Assembly: GCA_051313645.2 (NCBI GenBank)
Contig: JBNRSN020000031.1
Span: 6,572,001-6,636,000, forward strand
Direction: 5' to 3'
DNA: 64,000 nt
Source of the DNA: Centroscyllium fabricii
Lineage: Eukaryota
In this document: positions 29,931 to 45,900 of the stretch, in pieces
Numbering within the stretch: the stretch's first letter is position 1
How the letters are laid out: the number at the start of each line of letters is the position of its first letter
Notes under the pieces: generated by a model
Databases searched by the model: none
Seen by the model: the letters and a program-made list of their open reading frames with translations, nothing else
Told to the model about the DNA's origin: nothing
Position numbers and translations under genes: made by a program

Positions 29931-32900
29931 GTAATAATATGCTGAGTTATCATTGCCCACAGGCATCTGTAAGGACTACCTATTATATTCACGTAATCAA
30001 ATGCTGAGTTATCATTGGCCCATAGGCATCTGTAAGGACTACCAATTATATTCAGGTAATCACATGCTGATTTCTGATTGGCCCACAGGCATCTGTAAGG
30101 ACTACCTATTATATTCACGTAATCACATGCTGAGTTATCATTGGCCCACAGGCATCTGTAAGGACTAACTGTTATATTCACGTAATCACATGCTGAATTA
30201 TCATTCGCCAACAGGCATTTGTAAGGACTACCTATTATATTCACGTATTCACATGCTGAGTTATCATTGGCCCACAGGCATCTGTAAGGACTACCTATTA
30301 AATTCACGTAATCACATGCTGAGTTATCATTGGCCAACAGGCATCTGTAAGGACTACCTATTATATTCACGTAATCATATGCTGAGTTATCATCGGCCAA
30401 CAGACATCTGTAAGGACAACCTATTGTATTCAAGTAATCACATGCTGAGTTATCATTGGCCCACAGGCATCTGTAAGGACTACCTATTATATTTACATAA
30501 CCACATGCTCAGTTATCATTGGCCCACAGGCATCTGTATGGACTACCTATTTTATTCACGTAATCACATACTGAGTTATCATTGGCCCACAGGTATCTGT
30601 AAGGACTACCTATTATATTCATGTAATCACATGCTGAGCTATCATTGGCCCACAGGCATCTGGAAGGACTACCTATTATATTCACGTAATCACATGCAAA
30701 ATTATCATTGGACAAAAGGCATCTGTAAGGACAACCTATTATATTCACGTAATCACATGTTGAGTTATCATTGGCCAACAGGCATCCGGAAGGACTACTT
30801 ATTATATTCACGTGATCACATGCTGAGTTATCATTCGCCCACAGGCATCTGGAAGGACTACCTATTATTTTCACGTAATCACATGCTGAGTTATCATTGG
30901 CCCACAGGCATCTGTAAGGACTACCTATTATATTCAGGTAATCACATGCTGAATTATCATTGGCCCACAATCATCTGTAAGGACTACCTATTATATTCAC
31001 GTAATCACATGCTGAATTATCATTACCCCACAGGCATCTGTAAGGACAACCTGTTATATTCACGTAATCACATGCTGAGTTATCATTGGCCCACAGGCAT
31101 CTGTATGGTCTACTATTATATTCACGTAATCACATGCTGAGTTATCATTGGCCCGCAGGCATCTGTAAGGACTACATATTATATTCTCATAATCACATGC
31201 TGAGTTATCATTGGCCCACAGGCATCTGTAAGGAGAATTTTTATATTCACGTAATCACATGCTGAGTTATCATTGGCCCGCAGGCATCTGTAAGGACTAC
31301 CAATCATATTCACGTGATCACATGCTGAGTTATCATTGGCCCACAGGCATCTGTAAGGACTACTATTGTATTCACATAACCAAATGCTGAGTTATCATTG
31401 GCCCACAGGCATCTGTAAGGACTACTATTGTATTCACGTAATCACATGCTGAGTTATCATTGGCCCACTGGCATCTGTAAGGACGACTATTGTATTCACG
31501 TAATCAAATGCTGAGTTAACATTGGCCCACAGGCATCTGTAAGGTCTACTATTGTATTCACGTAATCACATGCTGAGTTATCATTGGCCCGCAGGCATCT
31601 GTAAGGACTACCTATTATATTCACATAATCACATGTTGAGTTATCATTGGCCCAAAGGCATCTGTAAGGACTACTATTATATTCACGTAATCATATGCTG
31701 AGTTATCATTGGCCCACAGGCATCTGTAAGGACTACCTAATATATTCACGTAATCACATGCTGAGTTATCATTGGCCCACAGGCATCTGTAAGTTCTACC
31801 TATTATAATCACGTAATCACATGCTGGGTTATCATTGGCCCACAGGCATCTGTAAGGACTACCGATTATATTCACGTAATCACATGCTGACTTATCATTG
31901 GACCACAGGCATTTGTAAGGACTACCTATTATATTCACGTAATCACATGCTGAGTTATTATTGGCCCACAGGCATCTGTAAGGACAACCTATTATATTCA
32001 CGTAATCACATGATGAGTTACCATATGCCCACAGGCATCTGCAAGGGCTACCTATTATATTCCCGTAATAATATGCTGAGTTATCATTGCCCACAGGCAT
32101 CTGTAAGGACTACCTATTATATTCAGGTAATCACATGCTGAATTCTGATTGGCCCACAGGCATCTGTAAGGATTAGCTATTATATTCACGTAATCACATG
32201 CTGAGTTATCATTGGCCCACAGGCATCTGTAAGGACTACCTGTTATATTCACGTAATCACATGCTGAGTTATCATTGGCCCACAGGCATCTGTAAGGACT
32301 ACCTATTATATTCACGTAATCGCATGCTGAGTCATCATTGGCCAACAGGCATCTGTAAGCACTACCTATTATATTCACGTAATCATATGCTGAGTTATCA
32401 TCGGCCAACAGACATCTGTAAGGACAACCTATTGTATTCAAGTAATCACATGCTGAGTTATCATTGGCCCACAGGCATCTGTAAGGACTACCTATTATAT
32501 TCACATAATCACATCCTGAGTTATCATTGGCCCACAGGCATCTGTATGGACTACCTATTTTATTCACGTAATCACATGCTGAGTTATCATTGGCCCACAG
32601 GTATCTGTAAGGACTACATGTTATATTCACGTAATCACATGCTGAGTTATCATTGGCCCACAGGCATTTGTAAGGACTACCTATTATATTCACGTATTCA
32701 CATGCTGAGTTATCATTGGCCCACAGGCATCTGTAAGGACTACCTTTCATATTCACGTAATCACATGCTGAATTATCATTGGCCCACAGGCATCTGTAAG
32801 GACTACCTATTATATTCACGTAATCACATGCTGAGTTATCATTGGCCCACAGGCATCTGTAAGGAATATCTATTATATTCACGTAATCACATGCTGAGAT

Positions 32901-33919
32901 ATCATTGGCCTACAGGCATCTGTAAGGACTACCTATTATATTCACGAAATCACATGCTAAGTTATCATTGGCCCACAGGCATCTGTAAGGACTACCTATT
33001 ATATTCACGTAATCACATGCTGAATTATCATTGGCCCACAGGCATCTGTAAGGACTACCTATTATATTCACGTAATCACATGCTGAGTTATCATTGACCC
33101 GCAGGCATCTGTAAGGACTACCAATTATATTCACGTGATCACATGCTGAGTTATCATTGGCCCACAGGCATCTGTATGGTCTACTATTGTATTCACGTAA
33201 TCACATGCTGAGTTATCATTGGCCCGCAGGCATCTGTAAGGACTACCTATTATATTCTCATAATCACATGCTGAGTTATCATTGGCCCACAGGCATCTGT
33301 GAGGAGAATTATTATATTCACGTAATCATATGCTGAGTTATCATTGGCCCAGAGGCATCTGTAAGGACTACCTAATATATTCACGTAATCACATGCTGAG
33401 TTATCATTGGCCCACAGGCATCTGTAAGGACTACCTATTATAATCACGTAATCACATGCTGAGTTATCATTGGCCCACAAGCATCTGTAAGGACTACCTA
33501 TTATATTCACGTAATCACATGCTGAATTATCATTGGACCACAGGCATTTGTAAGGATTACCTATTATATTCACGTAATCACATGCTGAGTTATTATTGGC
33601 CCACAGGCATCTGTAAGGACTACCTAATATATTCACGTAATCACATGATGAGTTATCATATGCCCATAGGCATCTGTAAGGGCTACCTATTATATTCCCG
33701 TAATAATATGCTGAGTTATCATTGCCCACAGGCATCTGTAAGGACTACCTATTATATTCACGTAATCAAATGCTGAGTTATCATTGGCCCATAGGCATCT
33801 GTAAGGACTACCTATTATATTCAGGTAATCACATGCTGAATTCTGATTGGCCCACAGGCATCTGTAAGGACTACCTATTATATTCACGTAATCACATGCT
33901 GAGTTATCATTGGCCCACA

Positions 33920-36900
33920 GGCATCTGTAAGGACTACCTGTTATATTCACATAATCACATGCTGAATTATAATTCGCCAACAGGCATTTGTAAGGACTAC
34001 CTTTTATATTCACGTATTCACATGCTGAGTTATCATTGGCCCACAGGCATCTGTAAGGACTACCTATTAAATTCAAGTAATCACATGCTGAGTTATCATT
34101 GGCCAACAGGCATCTGTAAGGACTTCCTATTATATTCACGTAATCATATGCTGAGTTATCATCGGCCAATAGACATCTGTAAGGACAACCTATTGTATTC
34201 AAGTAATCACATGCTGAGTTATCATTGGCCCACAGGCATCTGTAAGGACTACCTATTATATTTACATAACCACATGCTGAGTTATCATTGGCCCACAGGC
34301 ATCTGTATGGACTACCTATTTTATTCACGTAATCACATACTGAGTTATCATTGGCACACAGGTACCTGTAAGGACTACCTACTATATTCATGTAATCACA
34401 TGCTGAGTTATCATTGGCCCACAGGCATCTGGAAGGACTACCTATTATATTCACGTAATCACATGCAAAATTATCATTGGACCAAAGGCATCTGTAAGGA
34501 CAACCTATTATATTCACGTAATCACATGTTGAGTTATCATTGGCCAACAGGCATCCGGAAGGACTACTTATTATATTCACGTAATCACATGCTGAGTTAT
34601 CATTGGCCCACAGGCATCTGGAAGGACTACCTATTATATTCACGTAATCAAATGCTGAGTTATCATTGGCCCACAGGCATCTGTAAGGACTACCTATTAT
34701 ATTCAGGTAATCACATGCTGAATTATCATTGGCCCACAATCATCTGTAAGGACTACCTATTATATTCACGTAATCACATGCTGAATTATCATTGGCCCAC
34801 AGGCATCTGTAAGGACAACCTGTTATATTCACGTAATCACATGCGGAGTTATCATTGGCCCACAGGCATCTGTAAGGACTACCTATTATATTCACGTAGT
34901 CACATGCTGAGATATCATTGGCCCACAGGCATCTGTAAGGACTACCTATTATATTCACGTAATCACATGCTGAGTTATCATTGGCCCACAGGCATCTGCA
35001 AGGACTACCTATTATATTCACGTAATCACATGCTGAATTATTATTGGCCCACAGTCATCTGTAAGGACTACCTATTATATTCACGTAATCACATGCTGAG
35101 TTATCATTGGCCCACAGGCATCTGTAAGGACTACCTATTATATTCACGTAATCACATGCTGAGATATCATTGGCCCACAGGCATCTGTAAGGGCTACCTA
35201 ATATATTCACGTAATCACATGCTAAGTTATCATTGGCCCACAGGCATCTGTAAGGACTACCTATTATATTCACGAAATCACATGCTAAGTTATCATTGGC
35301 CCACAGGCATCTGTAAGGACTACCTATTATATTCACGTAATCACATGCTGAATTATCATTGGCCCACAGGCATCTGTAAGGACTACCTATTATATTCACG
35401 TAATCACATGCTGAGTTATCATTGACCCGCAGGCATCTTTAAGGACTACCAATTATATTCACGTGATCACATGCTGAGTTATCATTGGCCGACAGGCATC
35501 TGTATGGTCTACTATTGTATTCACGTAATCACATGCTGAGTTATCATTGGCCCGCAGGCATCTGTAAGGACTACCTATTATATTCTCATAATCACATGCT
35601 GAGTTATCATTGGCCCACAGGCATCTGTAAGGAGAATTATTATATTCACGTAATCATATGCTGAGTTATCATTGGCCCAGAGGCATCTGTAAGGACTACC
35701 TAATATATTCACGTAATCACATGCTGAGTTATCATTGGCCCACAGGCATCTGTAAGGACTACCTATTATAATCACGTAATCACATGCTGAGTTATCATTG
35801 GCCCACAAGCATCTGTAAGGACTACCTATTATATTCACGTAATCACATGCTGAATTATCATTGGACCACAGGCATTTGTAAGGATTACCTATTATATTCA
35901 CGTAATCACATGCTGAGTTATTATTGGCCCACAGGCATCTGTAAGGACTACCTATTATATTCACGTAATCACATGATGAGTTATCATATGCCCACAGGCA
36001 TCTGTAAGGGCTACCTATTATATTCCCGTAATAATATGCTGAGTTATCATTGCCCACAGGCATCTGTAAGGACTACCTATTATATTCACATAATCAAATG
36101 CTGAGTTATCATTGGCCCACAGGCATCTGTAAGGACTACCTATTATATTCAGGTAATCACATGCTGAATTCTGATTGGCCCACAGGCATCTGTAAGGACT
36201 AGCTATTATATTCAGGTAATCACATGATGAGTTATCTTTGGCCCACAGGCATCTGTAAGGACTACCTGTTATATTCACGTAATCACATGCTGAGTTATCA
36301 TTCGCCAACAGGCATTTGTAAGGACTACCTATTATATTCACGTATTCACATGCTGAGTTATCATTGGCCCACAGGCATCTGTAAGGGCTACCTATTATAT
36401 TCCCGTAATAATATGCTGAGTTATCATTGGCCCACAGGCAGCTGTAAGGACTACCTATTATATTCCCGTAATAATATGCTGAGTTATCATTGGCCCACAG
36501 GCATCTGTGAGGAGAATTATTATATTCACGTAATCATATGCTGAGTTATCATTGGCCCAGAGGCATCTGTAAGGACTACCTAATATATTCACGTAATCAC
36601 ATGCTGAGTTATCATTGGCCCACAGGCATCTGTAAGGACTACCTATTATAATCACGTAATCACATGCTGAGTTATCATTGGCCCACAAGCATCTGTAAGG
36701 ACTACCTATTATATTCACGTAATCACATGCTGAATTATCATTGGACCACAGGCATTTGTAAGGATTACCTATTATATTCACGTAATCACATGCTGAGTTA
36801 TTATTGGCCCACAGGCATCTGTAAGGACTACCTATTATATTCACGTAATCACATGATGAGTTATCATATGCCCATAGGCATCTGTAAGGGCTACCTATTA

Positions 36901-39900
36901 TATTCCCGTAATAATATGCTGAGTTATCATTGCCCACAGGCATCTGTAAGGACTACCTATTATATTCACGTAATCAAATGCTGAGTTATCATTGGCCCAT
37001 AGGCATCTGTAAGGACTACCTATTATATTCAGGTAATCACATGCTGAATTCTGATTGGCCCACAGGCATCTGTAAGGACTACCTATTATATTCACGTAAT
37101 CACATGCTGAGTTATCATTGGCCCACAGGCATCTGTAAGGACTACCTGTTATATTCACATAATCACATGCTGAATTATCATTCGCCAACAGGCATTTGTA
37201 AGGACTACCTTTTATATTCACGTATTCACATGCTGAGTTATCATTGGCCCACAGGCATCTGTAAGGACTACCTATTAAATTCAAGTAATCACATGCTGAG
37301 TTATCATTGGCCAACAGGCATCTGTAAGGACTTCCTATTATATTCACGTAATCATATGCTGAGTTATCATCGGCCAATAGACATCTGTAAGGACAACCTA
37401 TTGTATTCAAGTAATCACATGCTGAGTTATCATTGGCCCACAGGCATCTGTAAGGACTACCTATTATATTTACATAACCACATGCTGAGTTATCATTGGC
37501 CCACAGGCATCTGTATGGACTACCTATTTTATTCACGTAATCACATACTGAGTTATCATTGGCACACAGGTATCTGTAAGGACTACCTACTATATTCATG
37601 TAATCACATGCTGAGCTATCATTGGCCCACAGGCATCTGGAAGGACTACATATTATATTCACGTAATCACATGCAAAATTATCATTGGACCAAAGGCATC
37701 TGTAAGGACACCCTATTATATTCATGTAATCACATGTTGAGTTATCATTGGCCAACAGGCATCCGGAAGGACTACTTATTATATTCACGTAATCACATGC
37801 TGAGTTATCATTGGCCCACAGGCATCTGGAAGGACTACCTATTATATTCACGTAATCACATGCTGAGTTATCATTGGCCCACAGGCATCTGTAAGGACTA
37901 CCTATTATATTCAGGTAATCACATGCTGAATTATCATTGGCCCACAATCATCTGTAAGGACTACCTATTATATTCACGTAATCACATGCTGAATTATCAT
38001 TGGCCCACAGGCATCTGTAAGGACAACCTGTTATATTCACGTAATCACATGCGGAGTTATCATTGGCCCACAGGCATCTGTAAGGACTACCTATTATATT
38101 CACGTAGTCACATGCTGAGATATCATTGGCCCACAGGCATCTGTAAGGACTACCTATTATATTCACGTAATCACATGCTGAGTTATCATTGGCCCACAGG
38201 CATCTGTAAGGACTACCTATTATATTCACGTAATCACATGCTGAATTATTATTGGCCCACAGTCATCTGTAAGGACTACCTATTATATTCACGTAATCAC
38301 ATGCTGAGTTATCATTGGCCCACAGGCATCTGTAAGGACTACCTATTATATTCACGTAATCACATGCTGAGATATCATTGGCCCACAGGCATCTGTAAGG
38401 GCTACCTATTATATTCACGCAATCACATGCTAAGTTATCATTGGCCCACAGGCATCTGTAAGGACTACCTATTATATTCACGAAATCACATGCTAAGTTA
38501 TCATTGGCCCACAGGCATCTGTAAGGACTACCTATTATATTCACGTAATCACATGCTGAATTATCATTGGCCCACAGGCATCTGTAAGGACTACCTATTA
38601 TATTCACGTAATCACATGCTGAGTTATCATTGACCCGCAGGCATCTTTAAGGACTACCAATTATATTCACGTGATCACATGCTGAGTTATCATTGGCCGA
38701 CAGGCATCTGTATGGTCTACTATTGTATTCACGTAATCACATGCTGAGTTATCATTGGCCCGCAGGCATCTGTAAGGACTACCTATTATATTCTCATAAT
38801 CACATGCAGAGTTATCATTGGCCCACAGGCATCTGTAAGGAGAATTATTATATTCACGTAATCATATGCTGAGTTATCATTGGCCCAGAGGCATCTGTAA
38901 GGACTACCTAATATATTCACGTAATCACATGCTGAGTTATCATTGGCCCACAGGCATCTGTAAGGACTACCTATTATAATCACGTAATCACATGCTGAGT
39001 TATCATTGGCCCACAAGCATCTGTAAGGACTACCTATTATATTCACGTAATCACATGCTGAATTATCATTGGACCACAGGCATTTGTAAGGATTACCTAT
39101 TATATTCACGTAATCACATGCTGATTTATTATTTGGCCACAGGCATCTGTAAGGACTACCTATTATATTCACGTAATCACATGATGAGTTATCATATGCC
39201 CACAGGCATCTGTAAGGGCTACCTATTATATTCCCGTAATAATATGCTGAGTTATCATTGCCCACAGGCATCTGTAAGGACTACCTATTATATTCATATA
39301 ATCAAATGCTGAGTTATCATTGGCCCACAGGCATCTGTAAGGACTACCTATTATATTCAGGTAATCACATGCTGAATTCTGATTGGCCCACAGGCATCTG
39401 TAAGGACTAGCTATTATATTCAGGTAATCACATGATGAGTTATCATTGGCCCACAGGCATCTGTAAGGACTACCTGTTATATTCACGTAATCACATGCTG
39501 AGTTATCATTCGCCAACAGGCATTTGTAAGGACTACCTATTATATTCACGTATTCACATGTTGAGTTATCATTGGCCCACAGGCATCTGTAAGGGCTACC
39601 TATTATATTCCCGTAATAATATGCTGAGTTATCATTGGCCCACAGGCAGCTGTAAGGAATACCTATTATATTCCCGTAATAATATGCTGAGTTATCATTG
39701 GCCCACAGGCAGCTGTAAGGACTACCTATTATATTCACGTAATCAAATGCTGAGTTATCATTGGCCCACAGGCATCTGTAAGGACTACCTATTATATTCA
39801 GGTAATCACATGCTGAATTATCATTGGCCCACAGGCATCTGTAAGGACTACCTATTTTATTCACGTAATCACATGCTGAGTTATCATTGGCCCACAGGCA

Positions 39901-42900
39901 TCTGTAAGGACTACCTGTTATATTCACGTAATCACATGCTGAGTTATCATTGGCCCAAAGGCATTTGTAAGGACTACCTATTATATTCACGTAATCACAT
40001 GCTGAGTTATCATTGGCCCACAGGCATCTGTAAGGACAACCTTTCATATTCACGTAATCACATGCTGAATTACCATTGGCCCACAGGCATCTGTAAGGAC
40101 TACTTATTATATTAACGTAATCACATGCTGAGTTATCATTGGACCACAGGCATCTGTAAGGACTACCTATTATATTCACGTAATTACATGCTCAGATATC
40201 ATTGGCCCACAGGCATCTGTAAGGACTACATGTTATATTCACGTAATCACATGCTGAGTTATCATTGGCCCACAGGCATTTGTAAGGACTACCTATTATA
40301 TTCACGTATTCACATGCTGAGTTATCATTGGCCCACAGGCATCTGTAAGGACTACCTTTCATATTCACGTAATCACATGCTGAATTATCATTGGCCCACA
40401 GGCATCTGTAAGGACTACCTATTATATTCACGTAATCACATGCTGAGTTATCATTGGCCCACAGGCATCTGTAAGGAATACCTATTATATTCACGTAATC
40501 ACATGCTGAGATATCATTGGCCTACAGGCATCTGTAAGGACTACCTATTATATTCACGAAATCACATGCTAAGTTATCATTGGCCCACAGGCATCTGTAA
40601 GGACTACCTATTATATTCACGTAATCACATGCTGAATTATCATTGGCCCACAGGCATCTGTAAGGACTACCTATTATATTCACGTAATCACATGCTGAGT
40701 TATCATTGACCCGCAGGCATCTGTAAGGACTACCAATTATATTCACGTGATCACATGCTGAGTTATCATTGGCCCACAGGCATCTGTATGGTCTACTATT
40801 GTATTCACGTAATCACATGCTGAGTTATCATTGGCCCGCAGGCATCTGTAAGGACTACCTATTATATTCTCATAATCACATGCTGAGTTATCATTGGCCC
40901 ACAGGCATCTGTGAGGAGAATTATTATATTCACGTAATCATATGCTGAGTTATCATTGGCCCAGAGGCATCTGTAAGGACTACCTAATATATTCACGTAA
41001 TCACATGCTGAGTTATCATTGGCCCACAGGCATCTGTAAGGACTACCTATTATAATCACGTAATCACATGCTGAGTTATCATTGGCCCACAAGCATCTGT
41101 AAGGACTACCTATTATATTCACGTAATCACATGCTGAATTATCATTGGACCACAGGCATTTGTAAGGATTACCTATTATATTCACGTAATCACATGCTGA
41201 GTTATTATTGGCCCACAGGCATCTGTAAGGACTACCTATTATATTCACGTAATCACATGATGAGTTATCATATGCCCATAGGCATCTGTAAAGGCTACCT
41301 ATTATATTCCCGTAATAATATGCTGAGTTATCATTGCCCACAGGCATCTGTAAGGACTACCTATTATATTCACGTAATCAAATGCTGAGTTATCATTGGC
41401 CCATAGGCATCTGTAAGGACTACCTATTATATTCAGGTAATCACATGCTGAATTCTGATTGGCCCACAGGCATCTGTAAGGATTAGCTATTATATTCACA
41501 TAATCACATGCTGAGTTATCATTGGCCCACAGGCATCTGTAAGGACTACCTGTTATATTCACGTAATCACATGCTGAGTTATCATTGGCCCACAGGCATC
41601 TGTAAGGACTACCTATTATATTCACGTAATCGCATGCTGAGTCATCATTGGCCAACAGGCATCTGTAAGCACTACCTATTATATTCACGTAATCATATGC
41701 TGAGTTATCATCGGCCAACAGACATCTGTAAGGACAACCTATTGTATTCAAGTAATCACATGCTGAGTTATCATTGGCCCACAGGCATCTGTAAGGACTA
41801 CCTATTATATTCACATAATCACATCCTGAGTTATCATTGGCCCACAGGCATCTGTATGGACTACCTATTTTATTCACGTAATCACATGCTGAGTTATCAT
41901 TGGCCCACAGGTATCTGTAAGGACTACATGTTATATTCACGTAATCACATGCTGAGTTATCATTGGCCCACAGGCATTTGTAAGGACTACCTATTATATT
42001 CACGTATTCACATGCTGAGTTATCATTGGCCCACAGGCATCTGTAAGGACTACCTTTCATATTCACGTAATCACATGCTGAATTATCATTGGCCCACAGG
42101 CATCTGTAAGGACTACCTGTTATATTCACATAATCACATGCTGAATTATCATTCGCCAACAGGCATTTGTAAGGACTACCTTTTATATTCACGTATTCAC
42201 ATGCTGAGTTATCATTGGCCCACAGGCATCTGTAAGGACTACCTATTAAATTCAAGTAATCACATGCTGAGTTATCATTGGCCAACAGGCATCTGTAAGG
42301 ACTTCCTATTATATTCACGTAATCATATGCTGAGTTATCATCGGCCAATAGACATCTGTAAGGACAACCTATTGTATCAAGTAATCACATGCTGAGTTAT
42401 CATTGGCCCACAGGCATCTGTAAGGACTACCTATTATATTTACATAACCACATGCTGAGTTATCATTGGCCCACAGGCATCTGTATGGACTACCTATTTT
42501 ATTCACGTAATCACATACTGAGTTATCATTGGCACACAGGTATCTGTAAGGACTACCTACTATATTCATGTAATCACATGCTGAGCTATCATTGGCCCAC
42601 AGGCATCTGGAAGGACTACCTATTATATTCACGTAATCACATGCAAAATTATCATTGGACCAAAGGCATCTGTAAGGACAACCTATTATATTCACGTAAT
42701 CACATGTTGAGTTATCATTGGCCAACAGGCATCCGGAAGGACTACTTATTATATTCACGTAATCACATGCTGAGTTATCATTGGCCCACAGGCATCTGGA
42801 AGGACTACCTATTATATTCACGTAATCAAATGCTGAGTTATCATTGGCCCACAGGCATCTGTAAGGACTACCTATTATATTCAGGTAATCACATGCTGAA

Positions 42901-45900
42901 TTATCATTGGCCCACAATCATCTGTAAGGACTACCTATTATATTCACGTAATCACATGCTGAATTATCATTGGCCCACAGGCATCTGTAAGGACAACCTG
43001 TTATATTCACGTAATCACATGCGGAGTTATCATTGGCCCACAGGCATCTGTAAGGACTACCTATTATATTCACGTAGTCACATGCTGAGATATCATTGGC
43101 CCACAGGCATCTGTAAGGACTACCTATTATATTCACGTAATCACATGCTGAGTTATCATTGGCCCACAGGCATCTGTAAGGACTACCTATTATATTCACG
43201 TAATCACATGCTGAATTATTATTGGCCCACAGTCATCTGTAAGGACTACCTATTATATTCACGTAATCACATGCTGAGTTATCATTGGCCCACAGGCATC
43301 TGTAAGGACTACCTATTATATTCACGTAATCACATGCTGAGATATCATTGGCCCACAGGCATCTGTAAGGGCTACCTATTATATTCACGTAATCACATGC
43401 TAAGTTATCATTGGCCCACAGGCATCTGTAAGGACTACCTATTATATTCACGAAATCACATGCTAAGTTATCATTGGCCCACAGGCATCTGTAAGGACTA
43501 CCTATTATATTCACGTAATCACATGCTGAATTATCATTGGCCCACAGGCATCTGTAAGGACTACCTATTATATTCACGTAATCACATGCTGAGTTATCAT
43601 TGACCCGCAGGCATCTTTAAGGACTACCAATTATATTCACGTGATCACATGCTGAGTTATCATTGGCCGACAGGCATCTGTATGGTCTACTATTGTATTC
43701 ACGTAATCACATGCTGAGTTATCATTGGCCCGCAGGCATCTGTAAGGACTACCTATTATATTCTCATAATCACATGCTGAGTTATCATTGGCCCACAGGC
43801 ATCTGTAAGGAGAATTATTATATTCACGTAATCATATGCTGAGTTATCATTGGCCCAGAGGCATCTGTAAGGACTACCTAATATATTCACGTAATCACAT
43901 GCTGAGTTATCATTGGCCCACAGGCATCTGTAAGGACTACCTATTATAATCACGTAATCACATGCTGAGTTATCATTGGCCCACAAGCATCTGTAAGGAC
44001 TACCTATTATATTCACGTAATCACATGCTGAATTATCATTGGACCACAGGCATTTGTAAGGATTACCTATTATATTCACGTAATCACATGCTGAGTTATT
44101 ATTGGCCCACAGGCATCTGTAAGGACTACCTATTATATTCACGTAATCACATGATGAGTTATCATATGCCCACAGGCATCTGTAAGGGCTACCTATTATA
44201 TTCCCGTAATAATATGCTGAGTTATCATTGCCCACAGGCATCTGTAAGGACTACCTATTATATTCACATAATCAAATGCTGAGTTATCATTGGCCCACAG
44301 GCATCTGTAAGGACTACCTATTATATTCAGGTAATCACATGCTGAATTCTGATTGGCCCACAGGCATCTGTAAGGACTAGCTATTATATTCAGGTAATCA
44401 CATGATGAGTTATCATTGGCCCACAGGCATCTGTAAGGACTACCTGTTATATTCACGTAATCACATGCTGAGTTATCATTCGCCAACAGGCATTTGTAAG
44501 GACTACCTATTATATTCACATATTCACATGCTGAGTTATCATTGGCCCACAGGCATCTGTAAGGGCTACCTATTATATTCCCGTAATAATATGCTGAGTT
44601 ATCATTGGCCCACAGGCAGCTGTAAGGACTACCTATTATATTCCCGTAATAATATGCTGAGTTATCATTGGCCCACAGGCATCTGTGAGGAGAATTATTA
44701 TATTCACGTAATCATATGCTGAGTTATCATTGGCCCAGAGGCATCTGTAAGGACGACCTAATATATTCACGTAATCACATGCTGAGTTATCATTGGCCCA
44801 CAGGCATCTGTAAGGACTACCTATTATAATCACGTAATCACATGCTGAGTTATCATTGGCCCACAAGCATCTGTAAGGACTACCTATTATATTCACGTAA
44901 TCACATGCTGAATTATCATTGGACCACAGGCATTTGTAAGGATTACCTATTATATTCACGTAATCACATGCTGAGTTATTATTGGCCCACAGGCATCTGT
45001 AAGGACTACCTATTATATTCACGTAATCACATGATGAGTTATCATATGCCCATAGGCATCTGTAAGGGCTACCTATTATATTCCCGTAATAATATGCTGA
45101 GTTATCATTGCCCACAGGCATCTGTAAGGACTACCTATTATATTCACGTAATCAAATGCTGAGTTATCATTGGCCCATAGGCATCTGTAAGGACTACCTA
45201 TTATATTCAGGTAATCACATGCTGAATTCTGATTGGCCCACAGGCATCTGTAAGGACTACCTATTATATTCACGTAATCACATGCTGAGTTATCATTGGC
45301 CCACAGGCATCTGTAAGGACTACCTGTTATATTCACATAATCACATGCTGAATTATCATTCGCCAACAGGCATTTGTAAGGACTACCTTTTATATTCACG
45401 TATTCACATGCTGAGTTATCATTGGCCCACAGGCATCTGTAAGGACTACCTATTAAATTCAAGTAATCACATGCTGAGTTATCATTGGCCAACAGGCATC
45501 TGTAAGGACTTCCTATTATATTCACGTAATCATATGCTGAGTTATCATCGGCCAATAGACATCTGTAAGGACAACCTATTGTATTCAAGTAATCACATGC
45601 TGAGTTATCATTGGCCCACAGGCATCTGTAAGGACTACCTATTATATTTACATAACCACATGCTGAGTTATCATTGGCCCACAGGCATCTGTATGGACTA
45701 CCTATTTTATTCACGTAATCACATACTGAGTTATCATTGGCACACAGGTATCTGTAAGGACTACCTACTATATTCATGTAATCACATGCTGAGCTATCAT
45801 TGGCCCACAGGCATCTGGAAGGACTACCTATTATATTCACGTAATCACATGCAAAATTATCATTGGACCAAAGGCATCTGTAAGGACAACCTATTATATT

